A stretch of DNA of 48,410 nt, taken from Anaerolineae bacterium (GTDB taxonomy: Bacteria > Chloroflexota > Anaerolineae > Epilineales > JAANWY01). Location: positions 1 through 48,410 of the forward strand of contig JBHIAO010000002.1 of the NCBI GenBank assembly GCA_046758565.1, in the 5' to 3' direction. Shown here piece after piece: positions 34,384-44,117 of the stretch (position 1 is the first letter of the stretch; each line of letters opens with the position of its first letter). The position numbers and the translations under genes were made by a program. A model generated the notes under the pieces. It did no database searches. It saw nothing but the letters and a program-made list of their open reading frames with translations, and had not been told where the DNA came from.

Positions 34384-35814
34384 ATGAAGAAACAGACCAT
34401 CTTGCTATATAACCCCCAATCAGAAGCGTACAACTATCCTCTGGGATTGTTGGCCATTGCGTCGCTCCTTGATCGGTCCAGATACGACGTCGAGATTGTA
34501 GACGCTGGGATCGAGGCTGATCCCCTGGCCCGCGTCGAGGCGCATCTGCACGACGCCTTGTGTCTGGGGGTGACGGTGGTGACCGGCCAGCCCATTGAGG
34601 ATGCCTTGCGGGTGTCACGGTTCGCCAAGGAGCGCCGGCCCGATCTCTCCGTCATCTGGGGCGGCTGGCACCCCTCCATTTTCCCCGAGCAGTGTCTTGG
34701 CAGCCCGTACGTGGATGTCGTGGCGATCGGCCAGGGGGAAGAGACCTTCGCAGAGGTGGTCCAACGCCTGGCCGAAGGACGTGATCTGGCCGGCTGCCGG
34801 GGCACGGTCTCCAGGCACAACGGCCGAATCGTCCACAACCCGCCACGGCCCTTCACCGACATCAATGACTTCCCATCTCTGGACTTTTCGCTTCTGGACG
34901 TACCGCGCTACATCGAGAAGCGCGGCGCTTCGGTGCTGGATTTCTGCTCCTCACAGGGCTGTCCCTGGCGCTGCACCTTTTGCTCCGAACCGCTCATCAA
35001 CCAGCGTCGTTGGTCCGGCCTGAAAGGGCCGCGGCTGGTCACCGAACTGACGGCCCTGGCGGAGCGCTACGGCTTTCAAGACGTTCACTTCATGGACGAG
35101 CTGTTCTTCGTCAACCCCAAGCGCGTGCGGTCGTTCGCCGAGGGACTCATCGCGTCCGGCGTGGAGCTACGCTGGCGGGCCACGGCCCGCGCCGACGAGA
35201 TCGCCCGCGCCGACGACGAGTTTCTGGAGCTGATCAGGCGCAGCGGCGGCTACCACATCTTCGTGGGGGCCGAGTCCGGCTCTCAGGTTATCCTGGATCG
35301 CATCAAGAAGGACATTACTGTGGAGCAGATCTGGACGACGGCCGAGAAGCTGCACCGGTTCGGTTTCGAAGCCACCTTCACCTTCATCGTGGGCTTTCCC
35401 CACGAACCGCCAGAGACGGCCTGGGATACCATCCAAATGGCCAAGCGCTTGCGGGATATGGACCCCGGGTTCGACACGCCGCTGCTGTTCTTCACACCCT
35501 ATCCCGGCACCGAAGAATACCTGGCGCTGGTTCGAGAGAACGTCCCGCTGCCTGGCACGTTAGAGGAGTGGGCGAGCCGCGAATTCAAGACTTCGCCGGG
35601 GAGTTGGGTCTCGCCCGAGCTGCGCCGCGTCATCCAGAATCTGAACTTCTACCTGCCCCTGGCCTATCCCACATACCCGGATGGGACCAACCCGCTGCGG
35701 TCGATGGTCCGGCGACTGGCCCGCTGGCGGGTCGAAAACGACATCCACGCCTGGCCGGTGGAGAAATACCTTCACCGCTGGTACCGGCAGATCCGGCCGA
35801 AAGGCTTGTCTTGA
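34384..35814 (+). CDS. B12-binding radical SAM protein
   Basis: YPLGLLAIA, WGGWHPS, GQGEET, SSQGCPWRCTFC, GAESGS, IVGFP and TPYPGT. AAGGAG RBS. Confidence 0.92.
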   Translation: MKKQTILLYNPQSEAYNYPLGLLAIASLLDRSRYDVEIVDAGIEADPLARVEAHLHDALCLGVTVVTGQPIEDALRVSRFAKERRPDLSVIWGGWHPSIFPEQCLGSPYVDVVAIGQGEETFAEVVQRLAEGRDLAGCRGTVSRHNGRIVHNPPRPFTDINDFPSLDFSLLDVPRYIEKRGASVLDFCSSQGCPWRCTFCSEPLINQRRWSGLKGPRLVTELTALAERYGFQDVHFMDELFFVNPKRVRSFAEGLIASGVELRWRATARADEIARADDEFLELIRRSGGYHIFVGAESGSQVILDRIKKDITVEQIWTTAEKLHRFGFEATFTFIVGFPHEPPETAWDTIQMAKRLRDMDPGFDTPLLFFTPYPGTEEYLALVRENVPLPGTLEEWASREFKTSPGSWVSPELRRVIQNLNFYLPLAYPTYPDGTNPLRSMVRRLARWRVENDIHAWPVEKYLHRWYRQIRPKGLS

Positions 35815-36008
35815 GCCTGTCGAAAGGCCTGTCTTGAGCTTGGAGATCTCTCGGAAAGTGTTGCTCACACCTGGCGAGCAACGGAGTACGCAGTACGCAA
35901 TACGAAATATCTGCCTACTGCCTACTGCGTATTGCGTAATTCACCTGATGTCACAGACTTTCCGAGAAAGCTCCTTGCTGAAAGGCCTGTCCTGAGCCTG
36001 CCGAAGGG
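35800..36008. repeat. Cluster of REP-like units (GCCTGTCCTGAGCCTGCCGAAGG family) plus a heptamer hairpin
   Basis: GGCTTGTCTTGAGCCTGTCGAAAGGCCTGTCTTGAGC near 35802, GGCCTGTCCTGAGCCTGCCGAAGGG near 35984, and TACGCAG/CTACTGC heptamers at about 35886-35935. Confidence 0.65.
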
Positions 36009-36017
36009 AGGGCATTG

Positions 36018-37502
36018 GTGAGCACCGAACGGAGGCTCGTCGTCCTGTACCATCCGGAGATCTTCGATGGGTTCTACCGGTTCCCCATCTCGCTGCTGGC
36101 CCTGGCTGCGGTGTTGGAAGAGAGCCCGTACGAGGTTATCATCGTGGACGCCAACATCGAGCCAGAGCCGCTGAAGCGCCTGGAGACGCTGGCGCCGGCC
36201 GCGCTGTGCATCGGGATGACCACCATGCCTGGCCGGCAGACGATGAATGCCTACAGGGACAGCCAGTACCTCAAGGCGCGTTTCCCCGACTTGCCCATCG
36301 TCTGGGGTGGCTACTTCGCCTCGATGTATCCCGACGTGTGCCTGACCAGCCGCGCTGTGGACATCCTGGTCAGAGGCCAGGGCGAGATCACTTTCACCGA
36401 GCTGCTGGGGCGCCTGGCAGGCAGTGCATGTGATCCCGATCTGACTGACCTGGCCGGCATCTCCTATTGCAACGGCGACCGAATTGTCCACAATCCCGAG
36501 CAGCCCATGGTCAAGGCTTACGATTTCCCGCCTTTTCCCTTCTGGAAATTGCCGGTACAGCGATATATCAATCGCATGTGGTTGGGCGATCGCACAACCT
36601 TCTACGTGTCCAGCATCGGTTGTACGTACAACTGCAGCTTCTGCGCCATCCCGGTCACCCTGGGTGAGCGGCGCTGGACCGGCTTTCCGGCCAGGCGGGT
36701 GTTGCAAGACATCGACTATCTGCTGAAGACGTGCCATATCGATGGGCTCTATTTCGGTGACACCAATTTCTTCGTAGACGAGCGGCGGGTGCGAGACATC
36801 ACGCAAGGGCTCATCGAACGCGGCAGTCCCATCAACTGGTGGGCCGAGGGGGTCATCGGGCAGCTCCTGCGTTACGACGACAGCACCTGGGAGATGCTGC
36901 GGGAAAGCAGGTGCACCGGCCTTTTCGTCGGCGTAGAATCCGGCTCGGACGAGGTGCTGGCCATGACCGTGGACAACAAGACCAGCCGTGAACAGGCTCG
37001 GGAGTTCGCCAGGAAGTGTCGCCGGCACGGGCTCTTCCCTGAGTTCTCCTTCGTCCTGGGGTATCCGCCGGAGCCCGAGAAAGATATCACGGCCTCGGTC
37101 GATTTCATGTACGAGCTGAAGGCGATCCATCCTTTCAGTCACCTCATCCCGCATATCTTCACGCCGTTGGCGGGGACCGATGATTACGCGCTGGCACAGC
37201 AGTACGGGTTTGCTCATCCGCGCACGATGGAGGAGTGGATCGAGGGACCGTGGCAGGAGTTCAGCAATATGCATGGCACACGCACCCCCTGGCTCAAGCC
37301 CTGGACCCGGCGCTACTTGCGGCACCTGGACAAGGTGATCTGGTACAAGAACCTGCTGGAGACCCCCAATCGGCCGCTGGTGCCGGTGCGCCCAATAGGG
37401 AAAGAGTTGATCAAGTGCTTCACGCGTCTACGCTGGCGGTTCCGCTTCTTCTGGTTCCCGTATGAACTGGCCGTGTTCCGGCGGGTGGCGAGGTTTGTGT
37501 GA
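36018..37502 (+). CDS. B12-binding radical SAM protein (paralog of 34384-35814)
   Basis: FPISLLALA, WGGYF, GQGEIT, SSIGCTYNCSFC, GVESGS and VLGYP. Confidence 0.92.
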   Translation: MSTERRLVVLYHPEIFDGFYRFPISLLALAAVLEESPYEVIIVDANIEPEPLKRLETLAPAALCIGMTTMPGRQTMNAYRDSQYLKARFPDLPIVWGGYFASMYPDVCLTSRAVDILVRGQGEITFTELLGRLAGSACDPDLTDLAGISYCNGDRIVHNPEQPMVKAYDFPPFPFWKLPVQRYINRMWLGDRTTFYVSSIGCTYNCSFCAIPVTLGERRWTGFPARRVLQDIDYLLKTCHIDGLYFGDTNFFVDERRVRDITQGLIERGSPINWWAEGVIGQLLRYDDSTWEMLRESRCTGLFVGVESGSDEVLAMTVDNKTSREQAREFARKCRRHGLFPEFSFVLGYPPEPEKDITASVDFMYELKAIHPFSHLIPHIFTPLAGTDDYALAQQYGFAHPRTMEEWIEGPWQEFSNMHGTRTPWLKPWTRRYLRHLDKVIWYKNLLETPNRPLVPVRPIGKELIKCFTRLRWRFRFFWFPYELAVFRRVARFV

Positions 37503-37506
37503 AACG

Positions 37507-37558
37507 GGGAATCCAGGGTACTCAAGGAACTCAGGGGAACTGAAGGGAACTGAGGGGA
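37507..37558 (+). repeat. Degenerate 9-10-mer tandem repeat (GGGAACTCA-type)
   Basis: gggaatcca gggtactca aggaactca ggggaactga agggaactga. Confidence 0.6.
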
Positions 37559-37560
37559 TT

Positions 37561-38412
37561 GTGGCAGGGCCGGTACCGGGGCCGGTGAGACGCCTTCTCC
37601 GAGGCTTGAGATCTCGTTTGAGACTTCCGAAGTCTGGCAGACTTCGGAAGTCTGGAATCGTGGACCCACATACCGGGTACAATCTCTGGGCGTCCACCTA
37701 CGATGCCGATGAGACCGGCAATCCCGTTCTGGGTGCCGAGCGGGCGGCCATGAGGGATCTCCTGCCGCCGTTGCGAGGTCGGGCCGTGCTGGACCTCGCC
37801 TGCGGCACTGGGCACTACGCCCTGCAGGCCGCGCAAGCGGGCGCCCGGCGGGTCGTCGGCGCAGATCTGTCGATGGGCATGCTCCACCAGGCTCGGGACA
37901 AGGTCGGCCACTGCTGGCCCCTTGTCCTCCTGGTCCAGGCCGACCAGGCGTGCCTGCCCTTTGGCACCCGTACCTTCGATGTAGTGATCCATGCTGTCGG
38001 CATGGGATACGCCCCCGATCTGCGCCCTGTGACCGCCGAACTGGCCCGTGTCTTGCGGCCAGGCGGCGTAGCCTTCGTGTCCGACCTGCACCCCCAGGGC
38101 GTGCGCCAGGGCTGGCGGCGCACCTTCGTACACCGGGCTGGCGCTGTACGCCGCCAGGTGGACCTGCGAACCTACGCCCACCGGTTGCAGGATTATCACG
38201 CGGCCTTCGAGCAGGCCGGCCTGTCCATCATCCGCATCATCGAGCCGCAGATTGACGAGACGACGCGGCCTTTCTTCGCCGCCGCTGGCGCCCTGGAACG
38301 ATACGAACGCTACTGGGGTCATCCGTTACTGGTCATCTTCGAATTGCGCCGTGTAGGACGAATTGGCAATTCGTCCCACGGGCAGTTCCCCGAGGGGCCC
38401 AATGCTGACTGA
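37561..38412 (+). CDS. Class I SAM-dependent methyltransferase (BioC-like)
   Basis: GYNLWASTYD, VLDLACGTG, GADLS, LPF...FDVV, LRPGG and SDLHP. Start uncertain. Confidence 0.85.
   Translation: MAGPVPGPVRRLLRGLRSRLRLPKSGRLRKSGIVDPHTGYNLWASTYDADETGNPVLGAERAAMRDLLPPLRGRAVLDLACGTGHYALQAAQAGARRVVGADLSMGMLHQARDKVGHCWPLVLLVQADQACLPFGTRTFDVVIHAVGMGYAPDLRPVTAELARVLRPGGVAFVSDLHPQGVRQGWRRTFVHRAGAVRRQVDLRTYAHRLQDYHAAFEQAGLSIIRIIEPQIDETTRPFFAAAGALERYERYWGHPLLVIFELRRVGRIGNSSHGQFPEGPNAD
37621..37655. repeat. AGACTTCCGAAGTCT palindrome pair
   Basis: AGACTTCCGAAGTCTGGC AGACTTCGGAAGTCTGG, related to the palindromes inside the 4801-4943 MITE. Confidence 0.7.
38353..38379. repeat. GTAG-type REP forming part of the 3' end of the methyltransferase gene
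   Basis: GTAGGACGAATT-GGC-AATTCGTCCCAC palindrome. Confidence 0.65.
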
Positions 38413-39829
38413 ACTGCGCTCGCTGTTCAAGCGTATCGCCCTGAATTCCCTGTGGCTGCTCATCGCTCGGGTGTTCAGCCAGGGCTTGATGATCGTCTTT
38501 ACCGTGCTGGTTGCGCGGTATCTGGGCGAGGTGGGACTGGGGCAGTACGCCTTCATCGCGGCCGTCGTCTTCCTGGGGAACGTCCTGACGACCTTCGGGC
38601 TGGATACGCTCCTGATCCGCGAGGTTGCCAGGACGCGGAGCGCCCCTTCGACAACCCTTCCCTTCGACGGGGATCAGGACAGGCGACGGGGCTCAGGCGG
38701 CGTCTTGAGTTTATCGAAGGGACAAGGCTCCGGGCGCCGCGCAGCACCTCTTGTGACTGCCACGTTGTGGATCCAACTGGGCTTCTCGGCCTTGCTCATA
38801 GGCGGCATCGCCGTTGGGGCCGGGTGGTTGCCGAACAAGACGCCTGAAACGGTCCTGGGGCTAAGGCTGTACAGCCTCTCCCTGATACCCCTGGCCTTCA
38901 ACACGGCTTTCAGTGCCAGTCTGCGGGCCTACGAGCGGATGGACCTGATCCTGGTGCTGAATCTGCTGTCGGCCGTCGTGCAGACTGGTGGCGCCCTGGG
39001 GCTGCTGCAGACCGGTCGGGGACTCGTCGCCCTGGTGGTCTTCCTGCTGGCGGTTCAGACTCTGACTGCGGTAGTGGCCGGCGGGATGTGTTTTCGCTGG
39101 CTGCCGGGTTTTGTCCTGACCAGGCGAGTGCCGCGCCGTCTGGTCCGGCGAATGCTCCACCAGAGTTACCCTCTGGCCCTGGTGGCTGTGCTCATGGTGG
39201 CCTATCAACGCCTGGGGGTTCTCATGCTCTCCTCACTGGCCGATGATGCCGCCACCGGCTGGTTTGCGGCCGCGGCGCGGATCACCGACGCTCTCAAGAT
39301 GGTCCACTATGCCTACTTCGGGGCCGTCTTCCCCCTCATGTCCCGCCTCGCCGTTGACTCGCCGCTTCCCGGGGACAGCCAGGACGCCCGGAACATAGAG
39401 CGTGGTCTTTATCGGACCTCTTTCGGCCTCCTCTTGGGCTTCGGTTTGCTGACGGCGTTGGCCGTCACCCCTCTAGCGCAACCGGTGATCAGGTTGCTTT
39501 ACGGATTGAGCTACGCTCCTTCGGTGCCGGCCCTCCAAATACTGGTCTGGACCCTGATCCCCTTCGCTGTGAGCAGCCACGTCTTCTTCTGGTTGATCTC
39601 CAATGGCCGGGAAAAGGCGACTTTGAAAGTCATCGCACTGACCCTGGGGAGCACAGCCGTCCTGAACGTCCTGCTGATCCCGGCCTTTGGTCTTGTCGGT
39701 GCGTGCCTGGCCGCCCTGGCCGGCGAAGTGCTCCAGGCTGTGCTCTACATGCCCTATGCCTGGCGTGGGATTTCAGATTTCAGATTTCAGCTTTCGGATT
39801 TCGAGTTTACGGAGAGGGACGGTCTATGA
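38402..39829 (+). CDS. Wzx/MOP family oligosaccharide flippase
   Basis: NSLWLL, ARYLGEVGLGQY, FGLDTLLIREVA, GWFAAAAR, FPLMSR, LLIPAFGLVGA and 12 or more TM segments. Confidence 0.9.
   Translation: MLTELRSLFKRIALNSLWLLIARVFSQGLMIVFTVLVARYLGEVGLGQYAFIAAVVFLGNVLTTFGLDTLLIREVARTRSAPSTTLPFDGDQDRRRGSGGVLSLSKGQGSGRRAAPLVTATLWIQLGFSALLIGGIAVGAGWLPNKTPETVLGLRLYSLSLIPLAFNTAFSASLRAYERMDLILVLNLLSAVVQTGGALGLLQTGRGLVALVVFLLAVQTLTAVVAGGMCFRWLPGFVLTRRVPRRLVRRMLHQSYPLALVAVLMVAYQRLGVLMLSSLADDAATGWFAAAARITDALKMVHYAYFGAVFPLMSRLAVDSPLPGDSQDARNIERGLYRTSFGLLLGFGLLTALAVTPLAQPVIRLLYGLSYAPSVPALQILVWTLIPFAVSSHVFFWLISNGREKATLKVIALTLGSTAVLNVLLIPAFGLVGACLAALAGEVLQAVLYMPYAWRGISDFRFQLSDFEFTERDGL
38644..38740. repeat. Nested CCCTTCGAC...CTCAGG REP-like insertion, in frame inside the flippase gene
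   Basis: Three CCTTC(GAC) starts. Segment 38655-38721 begins CCCTTC, ends GAAGGG and is flanked by ACAA direct repeats. Confidence 0.7.
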
Positions 39830-41058
39830 GGCCCTGGCAGACGCTGGCGAGCAACGTCTCTCGGCTGGTACAGCGGGTCCGTCAGTCGCCCCGGTTGCGA
39901 CTGAGGGGTGGTCACCTGGTCCTGCCATCCAGCGTGGTTGAGGCCGATCTGGTGATCGACCAGGGACGCATCATCTCCGTGGGTGAGGGGCCGGCGGCCC
40001 GGGCCGACGAGCAGATTGTCGATGTGTCGGGGTTGTTGGTCTTCCCCGGCCTGATCAATGCTCACGATCACCTGGAGTTTAACTGCTTCCCCCGCCTGGG
40101 TGAGCCCCAGGCGTACGCGAATTCCTACGAGTGGGCTGAGGACATCATGCACCGTCGGCGCCAGCCGGTCATGGACCGCGTGCTGCAGATTCCGCTCAGG
40201 GATCGGTTGCTGGCCGGCGGCTACAAGAACCTCCTCTCCGGCGTGACCACCGTCTGTCATCACGACCCTTACCAGCGCCTGTTCGACCGTGGTTTTCCGG
40301 TGCGGGTGGTGAAGCGATACCGTTGGTGTCACTCCCTGGGCTTTGGCGACGACGTGATCGGCTCGTATCGCAACACACCGCCCGATGTGCCGTGGATCAT
40401 TCACCTGGCTGAGGGCGCCGACGAGACGGCCGGCGGCGAGCTCACCCGTCTGGCCGAGCTGGGCTGCGTGGGCTCCAACACCGTCATCGTCCACGGTGTA
40501 GCGCTGGGCGAGTCCGACATCGACTTGATGGCCCGGCGCGGCTCCGGGCTCATCTGGTGCCCCGCTTCCAATCTGTTTCTGTTCGGGCGGACGGCGCCCA
40601 TCGAAAGTCTGAAGAGCCGGGTGACCGTCGCATTGGGCAGCGACTCGCGGCTCAGCGGCAGCCAGGATCTGCTGGCGGAGTTGAAGGTTGCCCGCAGCCT
40701 CGGTGTAGCGGACGATGAGGAGCTTTTCGACATGGTCACCCGGGGTGCGGCGCGGCTGCTGCGCATCGACGATGAGGTGGGGACGGTGGAACCCGGCAAG
40801 CGGGCGGATTTGCTGGTACTGGCCGGCGATGTGGATGCCCCTTATTGCGCCTTGGTCACCGCGCATGCGAAGGCGATTCGGCTGGTCCTGATTGCCGGTC
40901 GGCCGGCCTACGGGACGGCCGAGTTCGCCGAGCTTTTTCAGTCAGATGGGCGACCCTTCACGCAGGTCCTTGTGAGCGACCAACCCTATCTGGTGGTGGG
41001 CGGGCCGGCTGACGTAGAGCGCGGCTTACGGGCAGGTTTTTCAGGATCAGTTGCTTGA
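39826..41058 (+). CDS. Metal-dependent amidohydrolase superfamily protein (deaminase-like)
   Basis: PGLINAHDH, GVTTV, IHLAEG, IVHG, WCPASN, LGSDS and GKRADL. ATGA overlap with the flippase stop. Confidence 0.9.
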   Translation: MRPWQTLASNVSRLVQRVRQSPRLRLRGGHLVLPSSVVEADLVIDQGRIISVGEGPAARADEQIVDVSGLLVFPGLINAHDHLEFNCFPRLGEPQAYANSYEWAEDIMHRRRQPVMDRVLQIPLRDRLLAGGYKNLLSGVTTVCHHDPYQRLFDRGFPVRVVKRYRWCHSLGFGDDVIGSYRNTPPDVPWIIHLAEGADETAGGELTRLAELGCVGSNTVIVHGVALGESDIDLMARRGSGLIWCPASNLFLFGRTAPIESLKSRVTVALGSDSRLSGSQDLLAELKVARSLGVADDEELFDMVTRGAARLLRIDDEVGTVEPGKRADLLVLAGDVDAPYCALVTAHAKAIRLVLIAGRPAYGTAEFAELFQSDGRPFTQVLVSDQPYLVVGGPADVERGLRAGFSGSVA

Positions 41059-41194
41059 GCACGAATTCGTCATCCCGCGCTTCGTCTAACAGGTGATGCA
41101 GCAGGTGCTCCGTGTAATAACCAACCCCGGTCTGGTAAGGACGCAGCGTCGTCCACAGAGTTGCGGGAGCCGCCGTTTGCTTGTACAATAGCAT
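41056..41194 (-). pseudogene. Remnant of a GT4-family glycosyltransferase N-terminus
   Basis: TTLRPYQTGVGYYTEHLLHHLLDEARDDEFVL resembles the GT4 (MtfB-like) N-terminal TG(V/I)GxY motif. AAGGAGG RBS before the ATG at 41194. The frame then runs into the convergent amidohydrolase gene. Confidence 0.55.
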
Positions 41195-41449
41195 GGAAGG
41201 TAGCCTCCTTTCGCTCTCCGGAGCAAATGTCTGCTGCCGCAATTATACACGCAAGGGCTGCCTTCGCCAATCAATTGTCAAGGTCCGTTTACTTCACTCG
41301 TGAACCATGCCAGAAATTCTGTCTGGTCAAGGAGACCTGGAATTCGTCACGCTGCGGGCACGGGGCTACCGCGTCCTGGCCATCAAACCGGCGAATATCG
41401 ATGAGCGGCTCGAAGAGTTGGCCGGCCGGCTGCAACTATAAACGAGGCA

Positions 41450-42247
41450 ATGGCGAACAAGGAGCGTCTGGACGTGCTGTTGGTCGGGCGCGGTCTGGCC
41501 GAGAGCCGAAATCGGGCTCAGCAGTTGATCCGGGCCGGCCAGGTTCTGGTCAATGATCACGTGCATGATAAGCCGGGTATGCAAGTGCCTGCTGATGCTG
41601 ACATCCGCATCCGCGAGCGACTGCCGTACGTGAGCCGGGGCGGGCTGAAGCTGGAAGCGGCCCTGGATGCGTTCCAGATCAACGTCTCGGGGGCTGTCGG
41701 CGCTGACGTGGGAGCATCGACGGGTGGGTTCACCGATTGTTTGCTTCAGCGTGGCGCGGCGCGGATGTTCGCCATCGACGTGGGCTATGGCCAGTTGGCC
41801 TGGTCGCTGCGGCAGGATCAGCGCGTGGTGGTGATGGAGCGTACCAACGTCCGCTATCTCGACCAACTCCCGGAGCCGGTGGACCTGGCGACCATCGACG
41901 TGTCCTTCATCTCGCTCCGGCTCGTCTTGCCCAAGGTCGCTGGCTGGCTGAAGCCGGCCGGCCAGATCATCGCGCTGATCAAGCCCCAGTTCGAGGCCGG
42001 CCCCGAAGATGTTGGCAAAGGTGGCATCGTTCGCGATTCCAAGGTGCATCGACGCGTGCTTCTGGAGATTCTGGGTTTTGCCGAGGAGCAGGGACTGCGC
42101 GTGCGTGGCCTGATCCCGTCCCCGGTCACAGGTGCCCAAGGCAACGTCGAGTTCCTGGCGTGGCTCTCACGCGACGTGAACGAGGCGTCGATTGACCTAT
42201 CGGGTGCCATTGACGAGGTGCTCGCCGACTTGTGGGAGATGGGGTGA
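41450..42247 (+). CDS. tlyA: TlyA family rRNA 2'-O-methyltransferase
   Basis: S4 domain [41 protein letters not shown] and KPQFE. Confidence 0.95.
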   Translation: MANKERLDVLLVGRGLAESRNRAQQLIRAGQVLVNDHVHDKPGMQVPADADIRIRERLPYVSRGGLKLEAALDAFQINVSGAVGADVGASTGGFTDCLLQRGAARMFAIDVGYGQLAWSLRQDQRVVVMERTNVRYLDQLPEPVDLATIDVSFISLRLVLPKVAGWLKPAGQIIALIKPQFEAGPEDVGKGGIVRDSKVHRRVLLEILGFAEEQGLRVRGLIPSPVTGAQGNVEFLAWLSRDVNEASIDLSGAIDEVLADLWEMG

Positions 42248-42304
42248 TACGGTGACATGGGGATCTCTCATTCCGCGCTCGAAACGTGCTATACTTACCT
42301 CGCT

Positions 42305-44107
42305 ATGACCCAGGCCCATATCCGCAACTTTTGCATCATCGCGCACATCGACCACGGCAAGTCGACGTTAGCTGATCGCCTGTTGGAGCAGACGGGGACG
42401 ATCAGTGAGCGGGATATGATGGATCAGGCCCTGGACCAGATGGATCTGGAGCGTGAGAAGGGTGTCACCATCAAGGCGTCCGCTGTGCGGATGGCGTACA
42501 CCGCGGCCGATGGCGAGGAATACGAGTTGAATCTGATCGACACGCCGGGCCACGTCGATTTCAGCTACGAGGTGAGCCGGGCATTGGCGGCATGTGAGGG
42601 CGCGGTGTTGGTCGTTGACGCGGCGCAAGGGATCGAAGCGCAGACGCTGGCCAATCTGTATCTGGCGTTGGAGCATGACCTGGAGATCATCCCAGTTGTT
42701 AACAAGATCGACCTGCCGGCCGCGCGTCCCGACGAGGTGACACAGGAGATCGAGGACTTGCTGGGTGTGCCGGCTGAGCACATGATTCGGGTGTCGGCCA
42801 AGGAGGGCATAAACACCGACCAGGTGCTGGAGGCCGTTGTCCAGCGCGTACCGTCACCGGCCGGCGACCCCGAGGCGCCACTTGGGGCTCTGATCTTCGA
42901 TTCGCACTACGACTCGTACAAGGGCGTGGTGGCCTATGTCCGGGTTGTAGATGGCGCCATCGAGGCACGCCGCCGCCTGATGCTTATGGCTGATCAGATT
43001 CGGTTCGAGCCTCTGGAGCTGGGGATATTCGGACCGGACATGAAACCGGTGAGCCGCCTGGAGGCCGGCGAGGTTGGTTACGTCGCCACCGGACTGAAGA
43101 ACGTGCGCGATGTTGCGGTGGGGGATACGCTCACGACGGCCGAAAAGCCGGCTCAGGAGCCGCTGCCCGGCTATCGGCCGGCCAAGCCCATGGTGTTCGC
43201 CGGCCTCTATCCGGTGGACAATGAGGACTACGACGACTTACGGGACGCGCTGGAGAAGTTGCGGCTCAACGATGCCTCGTTGGTGTATCAGCCCGAGAAC
43301 TCGGTGGCGCTGGGGCATGGCTTCCGATGCGGATTCCTGGGTCTGTTTCACATGGAGATCATCCAGGAACGGCTGGAGCGCGAATATGACCTCAATCTGC
43401 TGGCCACCGCCCCCAGCGTTGAATACCACGCCCTCACCAGGTCGGGTGAGGTGGTCGAGGTGGACAATCCGGCCGATCTCCCCGATCCTGGCGTGATCGA
43501 GGAGATCATGGAGCCGTGGATGCACATCCAGATCTGGACGCCTGATACCTACATCGGCCCGATCATGGAGCTGATGACTGATCGGCGCGGTGAGTTCAAG
43601 AACATGGAGTATCTCGATCAGTCGCGGGTGATGTTGTCGTACGACATGCCCCTGGGTGAGCTGATCATGGATTTCTACGATCAGTTGAAATCCAGGACGC
43701 GCGGATACGCCTCGCTGGATTATCAGTATGCCGACTACCGGTCCGGCGATCTGGTGAAGCTGGACATTCTGGTTAACGAGGAGCCGGTTGACGCACTGTC
43801 CCTCATCGTGCATCGAGATAAGGCCTATCAAAAGGGTGATGCCCTGGTCCGAAAGCTGAAGCAGGTTGTTCCGAGACAGTTGTTCGCCGTGCCCATCCAG
43901 GCGGCCATTGGCAGGCGAGTGATTGCTCGCCAGACGGTGAAGGCGTTGCGCAAGGATGTGTTAGCCAGGGTCTACGGAGGGGATGTGACCCGAAAACGGA
44001 AGTTGTTGGAGAAGCAGAAGGCCGGCAAAAAGCGCATGAAGCGCCTGGGCAATGTGGAGGTCCCGCAAGAGGCGTTTATGGCCGTGCTGAGCCTGAACGA
44101 GGAATGA
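42305..44107 (+). CDS. lepA: Elongation factor 4 (LepA)
   Basis: [40 protein letters not shown] and [16 protein letters not shown]. Confidence 0.97.
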   Translation: MTQAHIRNFCIIAHIDHGKSTLADRLLEQTGTISERDMMDQALDQMDLEREKGVTIKASAVRMAYTAADGEEYELNLIDTPGHVDFSYEVSRALAACEGAVLVVDAAQGIEAQTLANLYLALEHDLEIIPVVNKIDLPAARPDEVTQEIEDLLGVPAEHMIRVSAKEGINTDQVLEAVVQRVPSPAGDPEAPLGALIFDSHYDSYKGVVAYVRVVDGAIEARRRLMLMADQIRFEPLELGIFGPDMKPVSRLEAGEVGYVATGLKNVRDVAVGDTLTTAEKPAQEPLPGYRPAKPMVFAGLYPVDNEDYDDLRDALEKLRLNDASLVYQPENSVALGHGFRCGFLGLFHMEIIQERLEREYDLNLLATAPSVEYHALTRSGEVVEVDNPADLPDPGVIEEIMEPWMHIQIWTPDTYIGPIMELMTDRRGEFKNMEYLDQSRVMLSYDMPLGELIMDFYDQLKSRTRGYASLDYQYADYRSGDLVKLDILVNEEPVDALSLIVHRDKAYQKGDALVRKLKQVVPRQLFAVPIQAAIGRRVIARQTVKALRKDVLARVYGGDVTRKRKLLEKQKAGKKRMKRLGNVEVPQEAFMAVLSLNEE

Positions 44108-44117
44108 GAAGGAGGCT

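Noticed and set aside
21800-37502. bchE or hopanoid hpnJ/hpnP assignments for the B12 radical SAMs
   Set aside because: There are no chlorophyll or squalene/hopene genes in the window, and only the generic B12 plus radical SAM architecture is supported.
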